Positions 25,615 through 31,034 of a stretch of DNA of 31,034 nt are shown here, piece by piece; positions within the stretch are counted from its first letter, which is position 1; every line of letters starts with the position of its first letter. A program made the position numbers and the translations under genes. The stretch comes from Chloroflexota bacterium (GTDB taxonomy: Bacteria > Chloroflexota > Anaerolineae > Promineifilales > Promineifilaceae), in the NCBI GenBank assembly GCA_024278255.1, contig JAJRTP010000396.1, positions 1-31,034 on the forward strand, given 5' to 3'. The notes beneath the pieces are model-generated. The model made no database searches, was not told the origin of the DNA, and was given only the letters and a program-made list of their open reading frames with translations.

Positions 25615-26747
25615 CCCAACCCAAATCCAAACTCCTTGACATCCTGCTGACCTCACCTGCCGGACAAGTCACATCTTTGCCTGTGCCAGACGTTGGCGTC
25701 GCCCAGATAGAGCCATTCCCCTTTTTAGCTATTGTCAACCAGTACGAGATGAAGCTGGCCCTGGTACTGTCTTTGATCAATCCTCTGGTCGGCGGCGTTT
25801 TGCTGATTGGCCCGCGGGGGACGGCCAAGACAACGGCCGTGCGCGCTTTAGCCGATCTCCTGCCCCACACCCGGCGCAGCCTGTGCGCTTATGGCTGCAC
25901 TGAGGAGATGATTGAAACCTACGGTATGGATGGCGTATGTAAAGATTGCGCCGCCAAATTTGGCTACGGCGAGCCGCTCACTGTCGAGGATAAAGTTCGC
26001 ATCTTTGAACTGCCCCTTAACGCCCGCCTGGATGACGTGGTGGGCGGCATCAATGAACGGCTGGCGCTGGAGCAAAACAAAGTGCGCCTGGAACGGGGTA
26101 TCCTCGGCCACGCAGACCGGCATATCCTTTATATTGATGAGGTCAATTTGCTGGACGACACCATCACCGACGCCATTTTGGATGCGGCGGCGCAGGGCCA
26201 TTACACCGTGCGCCGCGGCCCGCTGAAGATGACTTACCAGGCGCGGATTATGCTCATCGGCTCCATGAACCCGGAAGAAGGCAAGCTGCGGCCGCAGTTG
26301 ATGGATCGCTTTGGTTTACGGGCCATTGTGCGCGGCCTGGAGGAACCGGAACTGCGTTATCAAGCGTATGAACGAGCGTTGGCTTACAAACAGCATCCCG
26401 AACTATTTGCCGCCTCTTACGCCGCCGCCACGCTGGCCCTGGCTGATGATATTCAAGAGGCGCGGGATCGGCTGCCACAGGTCACCATCCAGCCGGAGGC
26501 GCAGGCCTTGGGTCTGGAACTGGTTGCCAGCTTGCAGATTGATTCTAATCGGGCAGAAATCACCCTGTTTGAAGCCGCCCGCGCCCACGCCGCCGCCGAT
26601 GAACGCCTGGAAGTAACCACAGCGGATGTGGAGGCGATAGCCACATTGGCCCTGCGCCTGCGCCAAAGCCCGCATTTGACTCAATTCTTTGCGGAACAGG
26701 CGGCGGAAGATGAAAAGATGCGGGCTGTTTTTGCCAAGAGAGGGTGA
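25611..26747 (+). CDS. Magnesium chelatase subunit I (BchI/ChlI)-like AAA+ ATPase
   Basis: FPFLAIVNQYEMKLAL, GGVLL.GPRGTAKTT, LPLNA..DDVVG, LYIDEVNLL, GSMNPEEG.LRPQLMDRFGL; ATGA overlap with the thioesterase. Confidence 0.88.
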   Translation: MTQPKSKLLDILLTSPAGQVTSLPVPDVGVAQIEPFPFLAIVNQYEMKLALVLSLINPLVGGVLLIGPRGTAKTTAVRALADLLPHTRRSLCAYGCTEEMIETYGMDGVCKDCAAKFGYGEPLTVEDKVRIFELPLNARLDDVVGGINERLALEQNKVRLERGILGHADRHILYIDEVNLLDDTITDAILDAAAQGHYTVRRGPLKMTYQARIMLIGSMNPEEGKLRPQLMDRFGLRAIVRGLEEPELRYQAYERALAYKQHPELFAASYAAATLALADDIQEARDRLPQVTIQPEAQALGLELVASLQIDSNRAEITLFEAARAHAAADERLEVTTADVEAIATLALRLRQSPHLTQFFAEQAAEDEKMRAVFAKRG

Positions 26748-26752
26748 GGGAT

Positions 26753-27391
26753 ATGGCAATACGCAACACGCAATACGCATCACGCATCACGCTGCTTTTG
26801 GGTTTTACGGCCGTATTCATCGGCTATCTCACTGTCTGGCTGCCAGGGCCGGCGGCCGGTTTGCAATTTCTGGGGGTGGAGTTGGGGGAGTGGACTAAGT
26901 TCCTGGGGATGAATACCCGGCGCAATCTGTTTTACCTGCCCCCTATCACCCTGAGCTTGATGCTGTTGACGTTGACTATTGTTTGGGACAGCCGGCGTTG
27001 GCAAACCTGGATTATGCGCGGGCTGGCTGTGGCTTTGGCCTTGCTGGTCTTTCCCGCTTTGGAGGATTTGCTGGGGCCGGTGCGGTCGGAATATTTGCCG
27101 CGGGTGGGCTGGATTGGCCTGACGTTGGTGTGGGCGGCTGTGGTTTCCCTGGTGAGTTGGCGTTGGCGGGAACGGCCGTGGACCACAAAGTTAATGTGGC
27201 TGCTTTTGCTGCTGCTGGGCCTGGCGGGGGCTATCATCCCCACGCAGGTTTATTTGGAGGTACGGCCGTTTGTCGCCAACTTATTGGGTATGTCGCTGGG
27301 TATTGGGCCGGGCGTCTGGCTGAATGGGGCTGGGCATTTGCTGGTGGTTGTGATTAGCGGCGTGCAGCTCTATCACGAATACAGCAGATGA
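26753..27391 (+). CDS. Hypothetical multi-pass membrane protein
   Basis: About 6 hydrophobic segments; ATG 26753 after GAGGG; no family recognised. Confidence 0.75.
   Translation: MAIRNTQYASRITLLLGFTAVFIGYLTVWLPGPAAGLQFLGVELGEWTKFLGMNTRRNLFYLPPITLSLMLLTLTIVWDSRRWQTWIMRGLAVALALLVFPALEDLLGPVRSEYLPRVGWIGLTLVWAAVVSLVSWRWRERPWTTKLMWLLLLLLGLAGAIIPTQVYLEVRPFVANLLGMSLGIGPGVWLNGAGHLLVVVISGVQLYHEYSR
26756..26790. repeat. Heptamer array, 5 units of GCA(A/T)(T/C)AC, inside the 5' end of the CDS
   Basis: GCAATAC GCAACAC GCAATAC GCATCAC GCATCAC, translated as AIRNTQYASRIT. Confidence 0.85.
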
Positions 27392-27435
27392 AGAAAGGAA
27401 CAGATTTTCCCTGAATTGTTATCTGTTTCTTTCTC
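27385..27435. repeat. ACAGAT-type inverted repeat containing the membrane protein stop
   Basis: AAGAAAGGAACAGAT (27391-27405) / ATCTGTTTCTTTCTC (27421-27435), imperfect; 27385-27405 is the exact reverse complement of 4282-4302. Confidence 0.7.
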
Positions 27436-27467
27436 AAACCGTTGTACTCCCCCCGTAAGGAAAGCAA

Positions 27468-27497
27468 AACCTCCCAAAGGGAAATCTTCGGGAGGTT
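27468..27497. terminator. Hairpin between convergent genes, possible terminator for acpP
   Basis: AACCTCCCAAAG / CTTCGGGAGGTT, 1 mismatch, 6-nt loop. Confidence 0.5.
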
Positions 27498-27529
27498 GAA
27501 CCATCTAATTTCTGGTTTAAGGGCCGTTA

Positions 27530-27769
27530 TTACTGCATACGTTCTTTAATATAGACAACTGCTTCGCCCACCGTGGTAATTTGTTGGGCGTCTTCGTCAG
27601 AAATTTCGCCGTTGAATTCTTCTTCAAAAGCCATAATCAACTCGACTAAATCTAAAGAATCTGCTTCCAGGTCTTCACGGAAACGGGCTTCCGGCACGAC
27701 CTGATCTTCATCAACCCCCAACAAATCTACGATTATCGCTGTTACGCGAACTTGTGTGTCATCACTCAT
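27530..27769 (-). CDS. acpP: Acyl carrier protein
   Basis: 79 aa, acidic, [21 protein letters not shown] with the phosphopantetheine Ser; RBS GGAAGGAG upstream of ATG 27769. Confidence 0.97.
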   Translation of the reverse strand: MSDDTQVRVTAIIVDLLGVDEDQVVPEARFREDLEADSLDLVELIMAFEEEFNGEISDEDAQQITTVGEAVVYIKERMQ

Positions 27770-27909
27770 TGACCTAATCTCCTTCCGGTTTTGATAATTT
27801 TCATTAAGAATGAATTGCGGGGCAATTTTAGAACCAACGTCTAAAAAGTCAAGCGGTTGGCTGGATTGCCATAGAGAAAAACACAAAATTGGGGGGGAAG
27901 TTACGCGGT

Positions 27910-28026
27910 TTGTAGTCTTGTAGTCGGGTAGTCGTTAGTCTTGTAGTCGGGTAGTCTGGTAGTCTGGTGGTTGTTAGTCAGACTACTTGACTACTCGACT
28001 ACCCGACTACTCGACTACTCGACTGC
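27910..28026. repeat. Octamer tandem arrays in inverted orientation: (NNGTAGTC)n then (GACTACNN)n
   Basis: About 7-8 units at 27910-27979 facing 5-6 units at 27981-28026; contains stop 28007-28009 on the minus strand. Confidence 0.9.
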
Positions 28027-31000
28027 ATTCCAGCCACACGGCCGTACCCAGCATCAAATAAAACAAGAAAGCCAAATCCACCAAAAAGAAACTGTGGTCT
28101 ACCAGGCCGTGTGCCACCATATTAATGAATGCGGCGGCAAGGCCTACTGCTACCGGGAACCAGACGGCCGTAACCTTGCTCCAACTGCGCCAAAGAGAAC
28201 GAACCAGCGCGGCCATCATCCACAACCCGGCCGCCAGCCCCAGCAGCCCCAGCCGTGTGCCAAAATCCAGGAAGATGTTGTGCGGATGGCTCAAGTTCGG
28301 GTCGCGCCACGCTTCGGCAAAAATGTACCGTCCCCGGTAGGCGTACAGGAAATTGTCCAACCCTACGCCAAAGAGAGGGTGTTCCCTAATCATTTCCAGA
28401 CTGGCCTGCCACAGTTTCAGGCGGAAGAGGCCGGTTTCGCCAAATAGCCCCAGCCGTCCCGCCAGCGCCGGGGTTTGCTGGATGGCGAACAGCCCGGCAA
28501 TGCCTAATCCGGCAAAAGCGGCCAACCAGGGCCAGGTGCGACGGCCGTTACGCCGCTGCCACTGCCAAAAAACAAACAATAAGGCTGCCGGTAAGCCCAG
28601 AAAAATCGCCCCTTTGCTGAAGGTGAGTAACGCTGCCAGCCCGATGGGGAGCAATGCCGCTCCGTACAGCCAACGACGACGGCCGTTTTCCTGCACTCCC
28701 AGCAGCAGCATCGCCGCCAGCAAGGGAATGATGCGCCCCAAAAAGAGGGCCACGTTGTTGGGCGAGCCGTAGATGGATTTGATCCGCAGCAAACCGCCTT
28801 CGGCCGTAATCAGGCTGCTCCGGTCAAAGCCGTACTGGTACAGGCCAATCAGGGCAATGACCAGGCCGGCCATTACGACCGCATCCAGAATCACCCACAT
28901 TTCCGATGATTTCAGGCGTAGGGCACGCAGCATCAGGTAAAAGAGGGCCGGCTCCAGGATGACGATGCGCCATTCGTTGCTGGCTACGTCCAGGCGGGCG
29001 GTGAAGAGAAGAGAGAGGGTAGCGACGGCCGTAAAAGCCAAAACCGCGTAATCAGCCATGTGCCACGTGGTGCGTGAGGCGTGATGCGTGAGGCGTGAGG
29101 CGCGGCGGACGAGTTGGTGGAGGAGGAAGGTGGCGAAGGTGACGAGGGTGAAAACTTCAACGGGAGAGAAGCGGTATTGGAAGACCGGTTTGAGGACGGG
29201 CGGGACGTAGAAGGGGATGGAAAAGGCGATCAGGGCCAATCCCCAGGCGGGGCGCAGGGCGATGAGGATGAAGAGGACAATGAGGGTGGCGGTCATGAGG
29301 AGGAAGGTGGGAGAGATGTAGAAGATGGAGGCGGCCACGGCCGTCAGCGCCAACTGCCCGCCATCCCGCAAGCGACGATACACGCCGCCTGCCTGATCTG
29401 CCCAGGTCAGCCAGCCGGCAATGGTCACCAGGGCGGCCGCGCCAAAGGTGAGGAGAAGCTGCGCGCTCTTGTCCAGCGCGCCGTATCGTTCCCGCATCTG
29501 GCGGAACCAGCCCGGCCAGTCTGCCCGCCGCCAGCTTCGCATAGCCAGTATAAGAGACAAAACGGCCGTACCCAACAATCCCCACGTCGCCCAAACCGCC
29601 CAGCGATCTGAGGGATGGTAGGCTACACTGAAACCGTTTAATGCCCATTGATCCCAGCCGCGTGAACCGACGATGACGGCCGTATGCACCCCCGGTTCCA
29701 GATTTTCGGCTACCGGTTCAATGGCTAAATAATCGTCTTCTTTGAGCGGGGAGGTGAGAACCAGCATGGCGCCGTATTCGTCGCGGGGCAGGGCGTTGGC
29801 GGGACGGCCGTCAATCGTCACGTACAGCCGGGCGCGGTAATTGGCCCGGCGCACCCGCAGCCCCAAATCTGTGCCCCAAAAGGTAAACGTCACCTTGTCC
29901 CCAAAAATTGCCTCCTCCGGCTGGGGACTCATATCCGCGCCAAACTCCGGCGAAAAACGCCAGTCACCTTCGTAAACCTGTGCCGGGTCGTCTGGCGTGG
30001 CAAAGTGAAAGCCGGGAAAAGCGATATTGGGGGATTGGTCAATAGCCAACATCCCATTATCCAATCTCTCTTTCACACTAAATCCCCAAACCGGATCATC
30101 ATTCGCCGCGTCCGGTTCCCAGTTTTCCAGGAACATGAGACCCATCCAGGGCCACTCTTTTTGGGTGCGTTCCAGGGCGGCGCGGGTGTAGGCGGCTTGT
30201 TCGTCGGCGCTGACGTCTCCCCAGATGGACGGCCGTCCCGTCCAGTCGTCCGGCAGCGCATTCCAGCCCCAATTGCCGGCCCACAATGCTTTACGGCCGT
30301 CTCCGTTCCGCTCCATCACCTCCCGCAGCAGAATCGCCCGGCTGAAATTGGTCGTGTTAATGTCCACGTCGCGGTCATCGGGACCGGTGTGGAAGCCGTA
30401 AGGTTTGGCGGCAGCCACGTCAAAGGCATCAGCCGCGCCCGCCTCGTACATTTCCTGCAAGTAGAGAGGATCGGCCAGGTTGTCGGGGCCGGTTTCGACG
30501 GTGGGGGCCAATGGTGCAGCTACGATAACGGCGTCAGGGTCGGCGGCGCGGATGGTTTGGGCTGCGGCCGTGAGCAAAGCCGCATATTCGGCCGGGTTGA
30601 CAGGCTGGTTGCCCCAATGCGTCGTCAGGTTCGGCTCGTCCCAGATGATGTAATACTGGATTTGGTCGCCATACCGCCGGGCAAATTCGCCGGCCCACTG
30701 CGCGAACTCGTTGGGGTCGGCCGGCGGAGCAAAACCGTCGGCCGGATTGCCGTCCAGCAGGGGAACCAGCGTTAAACCTTGCTCACTGGCCGCCTGCGCC
30801 AGCCGACCCGCCTCTGCCCAGTCAAAATCCGGGGCAAGATAAAACGGCTGCTTGATGAACTGAACGCCCATCCCGCCGATTTGCGCCAGATTTTCTGCCA
30901 ATTCTGCGTCGTCGTACTGGTTCAGGGTGACGTTGAGACCTATTTGCGCCCCGGCATGAGCTATCGGCGGCGGCAACCCTTCCGGGATACCCCGTGTCAG

Positions 31001-31034
31001 GTACGCCTGCCGCTGCCACACCGCCCCAATGGAA
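28007..31034 (-). CDS. Fusion of clan GH-A (GH5/GH39-like) barrel, beta-sandwich and O-antigen ligase-like membrane domain; 5' end lies beyond the window
   Basis: YYIIWDEPNL, FDVAAAKPYG, ALWAGNWGW; FTFWGTDLGL; then TM helices with RIKSIYGSPNNVA, LTFSKGA, RLKLWQAS...GVGLDNF, HPHNIFLD...LG..G; frame open to the window edge. Confidence 0.88.
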   Translation of the reverse strand, partial: SIGAVWQRQAYLTRGIPEGLPPPIAHAGAQIGLNVTLNQYDDAELAENLAQIGGMGVQFIKQPFYLAPDFDWAEAGRLAQAASEQGLTLVPLLDGNPADGFAPPADPNEFAQWAGEFARRYGDQIQYYIIWDEPNLTTHWGNQPVNPAEYAALLTAAAQTIRAADPDAVIVAAPLAPTVETGPDNLADPLYLQEMYEAGAADAFDVAAAKPYGFHTGPDDRDVDINTTNFSRAILLREVMERNGDGRKALWAGNWGWNALPDDWTGRPSIWGDVSADEQAAYTRAALERTQKEWPWMGLMFLENWEPDAANDDPVWGFSVKERLDNGMLAIDQSPNIAFPGFHFATPDDPAQVYEGDWRFSPEFGADMSPQPEEAIFGDKVTFTFWGTDLGLRVRRANYRARLYVTIDGRPANALPRDEYGAMLVLTSPLKEDDYLAIEPVAENLEPGVHTAVIVGSRGWDQWALNGFSVAYHPSDRWAVWATWGLLGTAVLSLILAMRSWRRADWPGWFRQMRERYGALDKSAQLLLTFGAAALVTIAGWLTWADQAGGVYRRLRDGGQLALTAVAASIFYISPTFLLMTATLIVLFILIALRPAWGLALIAFSIPFYVPPVLKPVFQYRFSPVEVFTLVTFATFLLHQLVRRASRLTHHASRTTWHMADYAVLAFTAVATLSLLFTARLDVASNEWRIVILEPALFYLMLRALRLKSSEMWVILDAVVMAGLVIALIGLYQYGFDRSSLITAEGGLLRIKSIYGSPNNVALFLGRIIPLLAAMLLLGVQENGRRRWLYGAALLPIGLAALLTFSKGAIFLGLPAALLFVFWQWQRRNGRRTWPWLAAFAGLGIAGLFAIQQTPALAGRLGLFGETGLFRLKLWQASLEMIREHPLFGVGLDNFLYAYRGRYIFAEAWRDPNLSHPHNIFLDFGTRLGLLGLAAGLWMMAALVRSLWRSWSKVTAVWFPVAVGLAAAFINMVAHGLVDHSFFLVDLAFLFYLMLGTAVWLECSRVVE
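29067..29101. repeat. Heptamer array, 5 units of GTG(A/G)(T/G)GC, inside the CDS
   Basis: GTGGTGC GTGAGGC GTGATGC GTGAGGC GTGAGGC, translated as ASRLTHHASRTT in an inter-helix loop. Confidence 0.85.

Larger units (their letters stand above)
2285..30300. repeat. Highly iterated octameric palindrome ACGGCCGT, at least 67 dispersed copies
   Basis: Hand scan; examples at 2285, 2467, 2875, 3801, 4745, 4778, 6123, 6192, 6246, 6276, 9205, 14173, 18515, 22464, 28541, 30293. Confidence 0.92.

Noticed and set aside
25611-26747. Calling the gene bchI/chlI and inferring photosynthesis
   Set aside because: No bchD/bchH or other photosynthesis genes nearby; BchI-like ATPases are common in non-phototrophs.
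25138-27769. PKS/NRPS-type biosynthetic cluster (ACP + thioesterase + HxxxDG protein)
   Set aside because: The ACP is a typical FAS AcpP, there is no ketosynthase or adenylation domain, and the HxxxDG gene is about 15 kb away.
27530-27886. 118-aa version of ACP, and similar upstream extensions at 1984, 3392, 4436, 18971, 23155 and 25072
   Set aside because: Downstream ATGs fit family N-termini better and several have a clear RBS; the extensions often run through repeats or promoter DNA.
27910-28026. Possible CRISPR array here, or at 6462-6510 and 871-1146
   Set aside because: Units are 7-8 bp or in-frame coding repeats with no unique spacers; no cas genes in the window.
27971-28447. 158-aa plus-strand ORF beginning MLVRLLDYSTTRLLDYSTT
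   Set aside because: The periodic N-terminus is just the GACTACTC octamer translated; the rest is antisense to the ligase fusion.

Overview
A 31 kb, roughly 55-60% GC bacterial chromosome segment with about 23 CDS. It is most likely from Chloroflexota, class Anaerolineae-like; this is inferred from the C-terminal YLPL motif, an EAD7-like domain, a GH/O-antigen-ligase fusion and type 2 IDI, not from a marker gene. Routine content: a partial livF-like gene, a choice-of-anchor-Q surface protein, PLP aminotransferase + GNAT, C39 peptidase-TPR, histidine phosphatase, a NarX/NarL-type two-component pair, fni + polyprenyl synthase, a uxs / O-antigen-ligase-like / GtrA / GT4 operon, thioesterase, BchI-like AAA+ and acpP. 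No rRNA, tRNA, CRISPR array or transposase was seen. Standouts: (1) the palindrome ACGGCCGT occurs at least 67 times by hand count against less than 1 expected, like cyanobacterial HIP1; (2) a two-gene cassette, REC-kinase-NUDIX-Ig-STAND ATPase (1397 aa) followed by STAND ATPase-EAD7-like, is a candidate conflict or signalling system; (3) a 1153-aa protein joins a carnitine-acyltransferase-like HxxxDG domain through one TM helix to a cysteine-less FGE-like domain; (4) a clan GH-A domain apparently lacking its nucleophile is fused to an O-antigen-ligase-like domain; (5) several REP-like hairpin and 7/8-mer tandem repeat families supply stop codons or sit inside CDS. All domain calls come from motif recognition by eye and need HMM or structure confirmation.
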